Part shown: positions 1 through 11,628 of the stretch, piece after piece
Numbering within the stretch: the stretch's first letter is position 1
Layout: each line of letters opens with the position of its first letter
NCBI RefSeq assembly: GCF_006345805.1
Contig: NC_042997.1
Span: 29,140,001-29,204,000, forward strand
Length of the DNA stretch: 64,000 nucleotides
DNA from: Octopus sinensis
Taxonomy: Eukaryota
Direction: 5' to 3'
Made by a program: the position numbers and the translations under genes
The notes under the pieces: model-generated
What the model was told of the DNA's origin: nothing
The model's database searches: none
The model's input: only the letters and a program-made list of their open reading frames with translations

Positions 1-313
1 CCCAGTGCGTGGCACATTGGGCAAGTGTCTTCTACTATAGCCTCGGGCCAACCAAAGCCTTGTGACGGAAACTGAAAGACGCCCGTCGTATATATGTATA
101 TGTATATATATTAGTGTGTGTGTTTGTGTGTCTGTGTTTGTCCCCCCAACGTCGCTTGACAACCGATGCTGGTGGGTTTATTAGCGCTTCGGCAAAAGAA
201 ACAGATAGAATAAGTACTAGGCTTACCAAAAATAAGTCCTGGGATCGATTTGCTCGACTAAAGGTGGTGCTCCAGCATGGCCGCAGTCAAATGACTGAAA
301 AAAGTAAAAGAGA
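1..313 (+). mobile_element. CORE-type SINE (family 2), cut by the window start
   Basis: CORE-like ggcacattgggcaagtgtcttctactatagcctcgggcc, internal (TA)/(GT) tract and tail ...gtcaaatgactgaaa; same family at 13344, 37780 and 43846. Confidence 0.85.
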
Positions 314-951
314 AAGTGAAAAGAGAGCTTCGATTGCAAACAGACACAAAAAAACATACATATCCATTAAAAATTTTTGATAAAGGTTTTACCATCATAT
401 TTCCAAAAATAAATGTTTTATAACAGACATTTAAATATTAAAAATACAAAATGTTGAATGTCAAGGGTACGGAAGCGCAACGAAAATATTCGGAGTAAAT
501 TTGCAAAGTTATTGAAAGAAGCATAGCGCGAACATTTGAGGGAACCGTGTTTTTGTTACGTATGGGATCTTTACCGTAGTGTAAACATCAATTATGTAGA
601 TGAACACAGAAGTCAATAACCGTAGTTGGGCAGAATTGATTATCTCTGTAAATAGAAAATCTTTACAATGTCTTAACTGAACAATAAATTAACTCAAATA
701 ACAGGTAAAATTAGATTTCAGATAATAGACACAACTTAAACCATGATGAATATTACTAATATATTTCCAACAGTTTTATAAATACATGTTTCAATTTATA
801 GATTTGTACGTGCCAAGACTAAACACAATGCAGGCAGAGAACCATGTAGTGATACATGCATGCATATAGAGAATCAAGGACACACACACACATACCCAAC
901 ACCCTATGTGTGTGTGTGTATGTGTGTGTATATACACGTATGGCCAAAGTC

Positions 952-1177
952 ACGAGCTGGCAGAACCGTTAGCACGCCGGGCGAAATGCGTAGCCGTATT
1001 TCGTCTGCCGTTACGTTCTGAGTTCAAATTCCGCCGAGGTCGACTTTGCCTTTCATCCTATCGGGGTCGATAAATTAAGTACCAGTTACGTACTGGGGTC
1101 GATGTAATCGACTTAATTCGTTGTGTCTGTCCTTGTTTGTCCCCTCTATGTTTAGCCCCTTCTGGGTAATAAAGAAA
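952..1177 (+). mobile_element. tRNA-derived SINE (family 1)
   Basis: gagctggcagaaccgttagcacgccgggcgaaatg...gagttcaaattccgccgaggtcgactttgcc; B-box-like gagttcaaattcc; homologous copies at 13053, 36882, 53188 and 53462. Confidence 0.85.
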
Positions 1178-1261
1178 CACACATATATTATTATATATAT
1201 ATATATATATAGATATATATATATATATATATATTATATATAATATATATATATATAATAT

Positions 1262-3680
1262 ATATAAAAGGGCTTAGTAAAATAATTACTTTACCGCATA
1301 CTGAACTCATTAGAAATAGCAGCTAAAAAAAACATTTATAAAACTATTTCTAATACTTAAAGAAAACCTCTCTCATATAGTGTTTGCTCAGTTCAACTCA
1401 CGGAAGTATGGGGGGTAGAGACATTAAAAAATCAGATGCAAAGGTTATTTGAGAACGTACGTTTCAAGATTAGTCCAAACTCGACATTTCTATCATCAGC
1501 TCAGAACTCCCTGGTTTGGATTTGAAAACACTGAAAGTGGGAGCATACTCCTTCGGCCTCCTATCGCTTTTGAAGATCCGCTCGTAACTAACAGTGCCAA
1601 CAAACCCAAATATGCAAGCGAAGAATTTCTGCTCTCCCCTTTCCACCAGCGTGGGTTAAAATCAGCAAACACTATGCTTTTTTCGGTAAAATCCGAGGCA
1701 TTTAAATAGAGAGAGATGAATTATAATTTCAACAATTGAGGGTAAAATTAATTAATTAATCAATTTCACCAAGTGTTCAGTATGCAAAGGGACCATTTAA
1801 GGCGAATTCAAATTATTACATTATATAAAAGGGCTTAGTAAAATAAATTACTTTACCGCATACTGAACTCATTAGAAATAGCAGCTAAAAAAAACATTTA
1901 TAAAACTATTTCTAATACTTAAAGAAAACCTCTCTCATATAGTGTTTGCTCAATTCAACTCACGGAAGTATGGGGGGTAGAGACATTAAAAAATCAGATG
2001 CAAAGGTTATTTGAGAACGTACGTTTCAAGATTAGTCAAAACTCGACATTTCTATCATCAGCTCAGAACTCCCTGGTTTGGATTTGAAAACACTGAAAGT
2101 GGGAGCATACTCCTTCGGCCTCCTATCGCTTTTGAAGATCCGCTCGTAACTAACAGTGCCAACAAACCCAATATGCAAGCGAAGAATTTCTGCTCTCCCC
2201 TTTCCACCAGCGTGGGTTAAAATCAGCAAACACTATGCTTTTTTCGGTAAAATCCGAGGCATTTAAATAGAGAGAGATGAATTATATAATTCAACAATTG
2301 AGGGTAAAATTAATTAATTAATCAATTTCACCAAGTGTTCAGTATGCAAAGGGACCATTTAAGGCGAATTCAAATTATTACATTATATAAAAGGGCTTAG
2401 TAAAATAAATTACTTTACCGCATACTGAACTCATTAGAAATAGCAGCTAAAAAAAACATTTATAAAACTATTTCTAATATAAAGAAAACCTCTCATATAG
2501 TGTTTGCTCAATTCAACTCACGGAAGTATGGGGGGTAGAGACATTAAAAAATCAGATGCAAAGGTTATTTGAGAACGTACGTTTCAAGATTAGTCAAAAC
2601 TCGACATTTCTATCATCAGCTCAGAACTCCCTGGTTTGGATTTGAAAACACTGAAAGTGGGAGCATACTCCTTCGGCCTCCTATCGCTTTTGAAGATCCG
2701 CTCGTAACTAACAGTGCCAACAAACCCAAATATGCAAGCGAAGAATTTCTGCTCTCCCCTTCCCCTTTCCACCAGCGGGGTTAAAATCAGCAAACACTAT
2801 GCTTTTTTCGGTAAAATCCGAGGCATTTAAATAGAGAGAGATGAATTATAATTTCAACAATTCAGGGTAAATTAATTAATTAATCAATTTCACCAAGTGT
2901 TCAGTATGCAAGGGACCATTTAGGGCGAATTCAAATTATTACATTATATAAAAGGGCTTAGTAAAATAAATTACTTTACCGCATACTGAACTCATTAGAA
3001 ATAGCAGCTAAAAAAAAAACATTTATAAAACTATTTCTAATACTTAAAGAAAACCTCTCTCTCATATAGTGTTTGCTCAATTCAACTCACGGAAGTATGG
3101 GGGTAGAGACATTAAAAAATCAGATGCAAAGGTTATTTGAGAACGTACGTTTCAAGATTAGTCAAAACTCGACATTTCTATCATCAGCTCAGAACTCCCT
3201 GGTTTGGATTTGAAAACACTGAAAGTGGGAGCATACTCCTTCGGCCTCCTATCGCTTTTGAAGATCCGCTCGTAACTAACAGTGCCAACAAACCCAAATA
3301 TGCAAGCGAAGAATTTCTGCTCTCCCCTTTCCACCAGCGTGGGTTAAAATCAGCAAACACTATGCTTTTTTCGGTAAAATCCGAGGCATTTAAATAGAGA
3401 GAGATGAATTATAATTTCAACAACATTGAGGGTAAATTAATAATTAATCAATTTCACCAAGTGTTCAGTATGCAAAGGGACCATTTAAGGCGAATTCAAA
3501 TTATTACATTATATAAAAGGGCTTAGTAAAATAATTACTTTCCGCATACTGAACTCATTAGAAATAGCAGCTAAAAAAAACATTTATAAAACTATTTCTA
3601 ATACTTAAAGAAAACCTCTCTCATATAGTGTTTGCTCAATTCAACACACGGAAGTATGGGGGGTAGAGACATTAAAAAAA
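1262..3680 (-). repeat. Tandem array of a ~560-bp hammerhead-bearing unit, about 4.3 copies (retrozyme-like satellite, left array)
   Basis: Equivalent positions at 1449, 2011, 2569 and 3137 (periods 562, 558, 568); flanked by (TA)n on both sides; each full unit has an HHR motif on the minus strand. Confidence 0.95.
1450..1503 (-). ncRNA. Type I hammerhead ribozyme in the satellite unit (also 2012-2065, 2570-2623, 3138-3191)
   Basis: Minus strand reads TGAG-CTGATGA-[TAGAAAT GTC loop GAC TAATCTT]-GAAAC-GTAC-GTT-CTCA: stem I TGAG/CTCA, intact core, palindromic stem III (AACGTACGTT), GUU cleavage triplet. Confidence 0.7.
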
Positions 3681-3743
3681 AAAATATATATATATATGTA
3701 TGTATATATATACTTTAAATATTTGACCATTCCGAATATAACA

Positions 3744-3784
<41 letters not shown>

Positions 3785-3811
3785 ATATATATATATAATA
3801 TATATATATAT

Positions 3812-3990
3812 ATAGTTGGCATTTACAAAATCCAAAAGACGAAGACATGTGAGCAAACAACAAAAAGGTGTATTAGTTTTACGCTCGGGAAGGTGAGAAA
3901 GTGTTTTATATTTCGAACCAACAATTTTCAGCAGAAAAGAACACGAGAAAATAAATAGAGAGAATAAAAAAAAGAGAGCATGAAAAAGAA
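3812..3990 (-). repeat. Dispersed repeat fragment, probably PLE pseudo-LTR derived
   Basis: Reverse-complement similarity to 58450-58580 (tcacctgttttcgtcttttgttttctgtaaatttgaact); only a very degenerate GAAA-containing motif remains. Confidence 0.5.
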
Positions 3991-4132
3991 AGATTTAGTA
4001 GCTAGCGGTCAATCTTCTATTCTAGCCTCGGGCCAACCAAAGGCTTGTGAGTGGATTTGATAGACGGAAACATATATATATATGAAAAAATAAGTCAAAA
4101 TAGAAAATGCTAAAATAATTTTATAAAGAACA

Positions 4133-4177
4133 TTTCAGTACCGGTTTCAGTCATTTTAAGACATTTTCAACTGTAAC
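4133..4177 (-). ncRNA. Minimal hammerhead-like motif, U3-A8 core variant, left pseudo-LTR
   Basis: Minus strand: CAG-TTGAAAA-TGTC ttaaaat GACT-GAAAC-CG-GTA-CTG. Confidence 0.55.
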
Positions 4178-4602
4178 GATTAAATAATTAAATTTAGAAA
4201 AATTAAAAGAAATATTTTTTTAAAGGAATATTTGTATAGTGTTCAAATATAAGTTGCATTTTCCTTGTTTGTGCTTTGCTCTGTCTTTCTTGTTCACACT
4301 TGTGGGTTCGAGGCCGTTGTGAATTCTTGGTAGGGAAGAAGAAGAAGGATGATGGGGAGAAGGGGAGGGAATTTGGGAGTGCCTTGATTGTTGTATTTTG
4401 AATGGTCAGTGGCGGCTAGCAGTTCATGAGAATATTTCTATCGAAAAGTTTGTTTATAGAATTTGCGTAGGTGTTATACTAAAAAGCATTAGTGATAAAG
4501 TTAGGAAGTAGAAGGTGGAGAAGAAGAAGAAGAAGAAGAAGAAGAAGAAGAAGAAAAAGAAGAAGAAGAAGAAGAAGAAGGAGAAGAAGAAGAATTGAAG
4601 AA

Positions 4603-4649
<47 letters not shown>

Positions 4650-5005
4650 AGTGAAGAAGAAGAAGATGATGATCAATACCCACAGGATAGACGCTGCAAC
4701 CTCCTCCCCACTCAAAAGAGTTACCAACGAAATTTTCGTTCCAACCACCATGCACAACAAACCCGCACCACTCGCAATGATTACCAACGAAGGCCTCCTA
4801 AAACACCACACCCGAATATGGGATATCGGGACGCACTTCTCAATACTGTTCCAAGAACACACACCATAAATCACAAAAGGACACCCCACATCAACAAGGA
4901 ACAACTATATAATAGCTACCGTCCCAAGCACCGCATTCCTTTTTTAGACCCAATACGCAAACACAGATACACAAGATAGAACCAAACAGGCAGGAGGAAC
5001 CAAAA

Positions 5006-7290
5006 GTGATAAAAATTATCAATCTAACTCTTAATGAACTAACAGCAAATCAAATAAATATACTTTCCAAAGGACTCAAGTTTACACCCACCCCACAACA
5101 CCCCAACTACAATGAAATGAAAGAAGACATCGCAGAATTCTGTAGAGAATTACGACTTACTGAGGAGCTATACGACAAATACAACGAGGATGAATCGTTG
5201 GTTAGAAATAGGAGTAACTACAACCCCTCAAAAGGTAAGAACAAAACACTCGATCATTTCTGTGACCACATATCGAATTACCCATATCAACATATGCGCA
5301 AACATAAACACAGACCAAGCTTCAGCAAAAAAGAATGGGCTGAGTTGAACAAATTAAAACAAGACAAAACAATAACAATCAAAGAGGCCGATAAAGGCAG
5401 TGCAGTTGTCTTAGTGGACATGACATTTTACATAACTTTTATACTATCTATGTTGGAAGACACAACATACTGTGAAAAGGCACAAAACCTCAGTCAACAA
5501 AAAATAATGAGGGAACTAAAATCCATGTTAAACTCCTACACAGAAGGGCTCACCGAGAAAGAATATGACTATATGACCAATTTCACAAGTAAAACCAGCC
5601 AATTCTACGGTATTCTTAAGATACACAAAAGTGAGAAAATAGGTAACGCATGCAAGATAGCCACAGACAATATAATTAAAGTCCCTAATCCTAATGACCT
5701 CAAATTGAGACCCATAATAGCAGGTCCCGCATGCGAAATCCACCGCCTCAGTAACGTCTTAGACACCCTGTTAAAACCACTCCTCAAACATGTCAAAAGC
5801 TATATAAGGGATGACTTGGATATGCTCAATCACCTTCCTAATACTATAAACAAAAACACCCTACTAGTATCCTTCGATGTAGTCAACCTCTACTCCAATA
5901 TCCCCCACAACCTAGGAATAGAGGCAATTCAATTCTGGCTAGAGAATCACGCCAACGAACTCCCACATCGCATCAAAAAAGAATTCGTGATTGAAGGGGT
6001 TAAATTCATCCCGGAAAATAACTTCTTCGCCTTCAAAGACAACTTCTACCGACAAAAATCGGGGACTGCGATGGGTACGCGAATGGCCTCCTCCTTTGCC
6101 AACCTAGTCATGGGATATCTAGAAATCAGTCTGTATCGTAAGGTTCTAGAAAGATATGGCAGCCCTTTCTCCCTCTACATAGAAAACAACTGGAAGAGAT
6201 ACCTAGATGACTGTTTCATTCTTTGGCATGAAAATATAGAGAAACTCAAAGAATTCCAAGCAATTTTAAATGGACTGGACGTAAACATCCAATTCACGAT
6301 GGAGTATAGCTAGCAACAACTCCCCTTCCTCGATATCCTTATTAAGAAATCTAATAAGGTAATAGAAATAGATATATACTATAAACCTACAGATTCTAAG
6401 CAATATCTTCCATTCAATTCATGCCACCCCAGACACACCAGAATCAATATCCCCTTCAATCTAGCAAAAAGGATATATACTATAGTCTCCAATGCAAACA
6501 CCAGAGACACACGACTACAAGAACTAAAAGATACCCTCATTACCAGGAACTACCCACCTTCACTTATTGACATATGCATTCAACGTGCCCTCCAACTAAA
6601 CATCCATGAACTCAGACATCCCAAATCAAAGAAAAATTTACGACCAAAATCCTTACCATACATCTCCACACACAACCCTCTCAACAATGAAGCCTTCGAC
6701 ACCATCCTCCAAAACATACGCCTGCTAAAAAATGACCACAGAATGAACACAATCCTCACGATCATAAACACACGATCATAAAAAGCAAAAGACAGCCTAA
6801 ATCTATGAAAAGTCTCCTAACACAAGCCCAAATACACTCTTCAACACAGAAGCCGACAGTAAAGAAATGTGGAAGACCCAATTGCGGGACATGCGATTAT
6901 CTAATTGAGGGATCAGTGTTCTCCTTCAAACAGGGACAACGGTTTACAGTGAAAAGCAACATCACATGTGCTTCGGAGAACTTAATATACACACTAACCT
7001 GCTCTGGGTGTCAAGAGCAGTACATAGGCCAAACACAAAATAGTTTGCGTAAAAGAATGGCCCTGCACAGATCCCAGATAAAAATTCCCCAGAACAGAAA
7101 AATAACATTCAACCAACACATAGATACTTGCGCCAACAACAAAACACCAAACTTCATGATTTTCTCCCTCTACCAATTCAAGGACGATACAACCTCGAAC
7201 CAACGAATAAGTAAAGAAACTCTCTTTATTACAAAATATAAGCCCCTTCTGAACGGGTCTACGAAAACGAAATATACACCACGGCTTTAG
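5006..7290 (+). pseudogene. PLE reverse transcriptase-GIY-YIG endonuclease polyprotein, disrupted
   Basis: LSKGLKFTPTP, IKEADKGSAVV, LRPIIAG, SFDVVNLYSNIP, QKSGTAMGT, RYLDDCF; thumb region YKPTDSKQYL..SCHP after an in-frame TAG (6311-6313); frameshift at a ~14-bp duplication near 6758-6785; Cys linker CGRPNCGTC; LIYTLTCSGCQEQYIGQT; ends KYKPLLN. Confidence 0.95.
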
Positions 7291-7451
7291 AATAACACAA
7301 ACCTACACGCAAATATTACATTCCTAAGAATCCATAACAAATCAGCCCCAATCACAGCTATAACCCATACTTTAAGTCATACAACACCTCACTACATCCA
7401 TTCATTCATATTCTCCCTCCTCTTTCTTCTTCTCCTTCTTCCACCTCCTCC

Positions 7452-7525
<74 letters not shown>

Positions 7526-8014
7526 TACTTCCTCTACTTCTTCTTCTTCTCCTTCTTCTTCAGCATCATCATCATCATCATCATCATCATCTTCATCTTC
7601 TTCTTCACATCTTCTTTTTCTTCTTCTTCATCTTCTTCTTCACTTCTTCTTCTTCTTCTTCTTCTGCTCCCCCTTCTACTTCCTAACTTTATCACTAATG
7701 CTTTTTAGTATAACACCTACGCAAACTCTATAAACAAACCTTTCAATAGAAATATTCTCATGAACTGCTGGCGTCCACTGACCATTCGAAATACAACAAT
7801 CAAGGCTCTCCCAACCCCACCCCACCCCCTTCTCCTCATCATCCTTCTTCTTCTTCCCTACCACGAATTCATATCGACCTCGAACCCACAAGTGTGAACA
7901 AGAGAGACAGAACAAGGCAGAAACAAGGAAAATGCTACTTATATTTGAACACTATACAAATATTCTTTTAAAAAAACGTTCCTTTTAATTTTTCTAATTT
8001 TAATTATTTAATCG

Positions 8015-8058
8015 TTACAGTTGAAAAGATCTCAAAATGACTGAAACCGGTACTGAAA
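8015..8058 (+). ncRNA. Minimal hammerhead-like motif, U3-A8 core variant, right pseudo-LTR
   Basis: CAG-TTGAAAA-GATC tcaaaat GACT-GAAAC-CG-GTA-CTG; stem I CAG/CTG; palindromic ACCGGT. Confidence 0.55.
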
Positions 8059-8148
8059 TGTTCTTTATAAAATATTTTAGCATTTTCTATATTAACTTTT
8101 TTTTCATATATTAACTCGTGTGTTCCTTTTCATCCTTATACATATATA

Positions 8149-8225
<77 letters not shown>

Positions 8226-8227
<2 letters not shown>

Positions 8228-8460
8228 CATGTGTTTGTGTATGTGTGTGTATGTGTATGCTTGTTTGCGTTTGTTTGTCCTCCCATCATTGCCTGACAAC
8301 CGATGATGTTGTGCTTACGTCCCCGTAACTTAGTGGTTCGACAAAAGATACCGATAGAATAAGTACTCGGCTTACAAATCATATGTTTTGCGGTAAAATT
8401 GCACGAATAAAAGCGGTGCCCCTGCATGGCCACAGTCAAATGACTGAAACAAGTAAGAGA
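8226..8460 (+). mobile_element. 3-prime half of a family 2 CORE-SINE
   Basis: gacaaccgatg...cgtccccgtaacttagtggttcg...ccgatagaataagtact...gtcaaatgactgaaacaagt. Confidence 0.8.
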
Positions 8461-8474
8461 ATATATATATATAT

Positions 8475-9990
8475 AAGCGAGAGGAGGCCGAAAGGGTATG
8501 CTCCCACTTTCAGTGTTTTCAAATCCAAACCAGGGAGTTCTGAGCTGATGATAGAAATGTCGTGTTGACTAATCTTGAAACGTACGTTCTCAAATAACCT
8601 TTGCACTTGATTTTTTAATGTCGCTACCCCCATATTTGCGTGAGTTGAATTGAGCAAACACTATATGAGAGAGGTTTTCTTTAAGTATTAGAAATAGTTT
8701 TAAAAAAGTTTTTTAGCTGCTATTTCTAATGAGTTCAGTATGCGGCAAAGTAATTTATTTTACTAAGCCCTTTTATATAATGTAATAATTTGAATTCGCC
8801 TTAAATGGTCCCTTTGCATACTGAATACTTGGTGAAATTGATTAATTAATTAATTTTACCCTCAATTGTTGAAATTATAATTCATCTCTCTCTATATAAT
8901 GCCGCGGACTTTACCGAAAAAAGCATAGTGTTTACTGATTTTAACCCACGCTGGTGGAAAGGGGAGATCAGAAATTCTTCGCTTGCATTTTTGGGTTTGT
9001 TGGCACTGTTAGTTACGAGCAGATCTTCGGAAGCGAGAGGAGGCCGAAAGGGTATGCTCCCACTTTCAGTGTTTTCAAATCCAAACCAGGGAGTTCTGAG
9101 CTGATGATAGAAATGTCGTGTTGACTAATCTTGAAACGTACGTTCTCAAATAACCTTTGCACTTGATTTTTTAATGTCTCTACCCCCATATTTGCGTGAG
9201 TTGAATTGAGCAAACACTATATGAGAGAGGTTTTCTTTAAGTATTAGAAATAGTTTTAAAAAAGTTTTTTAGCTGCTATTTCTAATGAGTTCAGTATGCG
9301 GCAAAGTAATTTATTTTACTAAGCCCTTTTATATAATGTAATAATTTGAATTCGCCTTAAATGGTCCCTTTGCATACTGAATACTTGGTGAAATTGATTA
9401 ATTAATTAATTTTACCTCAATTGTTGAAATTATGATTCATCTCTCTCTATATAATGCCGCGGACTTTACCGAAAAAAGCATAGTGTTTACTGATTTTAAC
9501 CCACGCTGGTGGAAAGGGGAGAGCAGAAATTCTTCGCTTGCATTTTTGGGTTTGTTGGCACTGTTAGTTACGAGCAGATCTTCGGAAGCGAGAGGAGGCC
9601 GAAAGGGTATGCTCCCACTTTCAGTGTTTTCAAATCCAAACCAGGGAGTTCTGAGCTGATGATAGAAATGTCGTGTTGACTAATCTTGAAACGTACGTTC
9701 TCAAATAACCTTTGCACTTGATTTTTTAATGTCTCTACCCCCATATTTGCGTGAGTTGAATTGAGCAAACACTATATGAGAGAGGTTTTCTTTAAGTATT
9801 AGAAATAGTTTTAAAAAAGTTTTTTTAGATGCTATTTCTAATGAGTTCAGTATGCGGCAAAGTAATTTATTTTACTAAGCCCTTTTATATAAGGTAATAA
9901 TTTGAATTCGCCTTAAATGGTCCCTTTGCATACTGAATACTTGGTGAAATTGATTAATTAATTAATTTTAACCTCAATTGTTGAAATTAT
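8475..9990 (+). repeat. Tandem array of the same ~556-bp hammerhead-bearing unit in opposite orientation, about 2.7 copies (right array)
   Basis: Reverse complement of the left-array unit; periods 556 and 555; bounded by (TA)n. Confidence 0.95.
8541..8592 (+). ncRNA. Type I hammerhead ribozyme in the satellite unit (also 9097-9148, 9652-9703)
   Basis: TGAG CTGATGA TAGAAATGTCGTGTTGACTAATCTT GAAAC GTAC GTT CTCA; predicted cleavage after 8588, 9144 and 9699. Confidence 0.7.
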
Positions 9991-10262
9991 ATATATATAT
10001 ATATATATATTTGTAAAAAATGAAGTTCGAAAATGCTGCTGTATTATACAATTTTTTATTTTTATATATACATTATAACATGTTTCAGTTCCTATATATA
10101 TATAGCGTGGTCGATATGTGTGTCTGTGTCCTTGCCACTTCGTGCTATATTTTACTCTCACATTTACACGCACACACATACTCCCACATATATCTTTAGA
10201 ACTTTTCACAAAAGATTACAGGAGATGATTATCAAAATATCTATGTTATAAAAATAATTCAC

Positions 10263-10402
10263 CATTGCATTCCCCACTTAGTAAAAGCCATTTTCCCGGA
10301 AGCTATATGCTTCGTAGAAAATGTGCAATGCATAGCTATTGTTATTGGACACGCATAATGGAATTTGTCGCGAGATGAATAAAAGATTTTGTTCATACGC
10401 CT
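10263..10402 (-). CDS. Possible internal exon of an unidentified host gene
   Basis: tgcattctag|AGG...AATG|gtgaat boundaries; 140 nt with one open frame [46 protein letters not shown]; no recognised homology. Confidence 0.3.
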
Positions 10403-10594
10403 CTAGAATGCATATATAGATCACGGAAAATTGAAAAGACAATTCAAGCTTATCATACAAGAAAAGAAAGGGTTATCTATAGAGAAGGAGTTATATTCCC
10501 AATGCACATACCTTCGCACACACATACATACATATATGTTGCATATACATTTGTATACATATATATATATATACACACTCACACACACACACAC

Positions 10595-10667
<73 letters not shown>

Positions 10668-10889
10668 TTTATTATAATAAGGGGTTTTTGCAAAAAGTTG
10701 CTTAAACCACATACCGAAAATATTAGAAATAGCAGCCAAAAAATCTATTTCCTTTTACTATAAAAATAAGTCTCCACAGAAAACAATTTTTGTAACTCAC
10801 ATATATATATACATATACATATATATACATATGTATATACCTACACACATACACAAACACATGCAGCTATATATCTATTATATATACAC

Positions 10890-10925
<36 letters not shown>

Positions 10926-11265
10926 ACCAAAGCAGTCATATAATATACTAACATATTCCTATTTATACGTATACATACGCAAACGTATTGGGCAAAAGTG
11001 TCGAATTGATCCGAAAGACAAGTGAAGACAGAGAGAAAGCACTCTAGAAAGGAAGAAAAAAACAAGGAATTTCAAAATATTCTTGCTTTTTTATGTCTAT
11101 TAATTTTGGGCCGAGAAATGTGTTCCCAATAGTTTCAATTGCCAGTGTTGTTATATTAAATTAACTACAGGCACACACACACGAAAAAGACGCTTATATG
11201 CATATGTGTAAATATATATAGGTGTGTGTGTGTATGTGTGTGTGTGTCTGTGTGTGTGTGTCTGT

Positions 11266-11628
11266 GTGGAGGCGCAATGGCCCAGTGGTTAGGGCAGCAG
11301 ACTCGCGGTTGTAAAATCGCGGTTTCGATTCCCAGACTGGGCGTTGTGAGTGTTTATTGAGCGAAAACAACTAAAGCTCCACGAGGCACCGGCAGAGGTG
11401 GGGTGGCGATCCCTGCTGTACCTTTTCGCCACAACTTTCTCTCACTTTTTCTTCTGTTGGCCTGCTCGCTTAGCCAGCGAGGTGGCGTCATTTGAAGGCT
11501 AAAACAATGCGAAGCGATGTGTAGCAACATCTGATCACCATGATCACCGTGACCGACCAGGCTATCATCAGATGTTGTTATACATCGCTGGTTACAATGC
11601 GCTTCGCATTGTTTTAGCCTTCAAATGT
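11266..11628 (+). mobile_element. tRNA-derived SINE (family 3) followed by an inverted copy of its own tail
   Basis: A box tggcccagtggttagggc, B box ggtttcgattccc; catttgaaggctaaaacaatgcgaagcg recurs as its reverse complement ending at 11628. Confidence 0.85.

Larger units (their letters stand above)
4084..8108 (+). mobile_element. Penelope-like retroelement (Neptune-like) with inverted pseudo-LTRs
   Basis: RT plus GIY-YIG frame at 5006-7290; 4084-4525 is the reverse complement of 7660-8107; the left (GAA)n tract mirrors the right (TTC)/(TCA)n tract. Confidence 0.95.

Noticed and set aside
1449-3397. Repeated ORFs MRTYVSRLV.. and the antisense MLNSTHAN.. ORFs at 8.4-9.8 kb
   Set aside because: They are translations of the satellite unit; TTG starts, frames differ among copies through indels, and there is no protein motif
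4479-4904. Poly-Arg/Glu/Ser/Leu ORFs
   Set aside because: Produced by the (GAA)n tract of the inverted pseudo-LTR
11266-11345. tRNA-like heads (also 13344, 31657, 56890) as tRNA genes
   Set aside because: Each runs into a SINE body and has no complete cloverleaf
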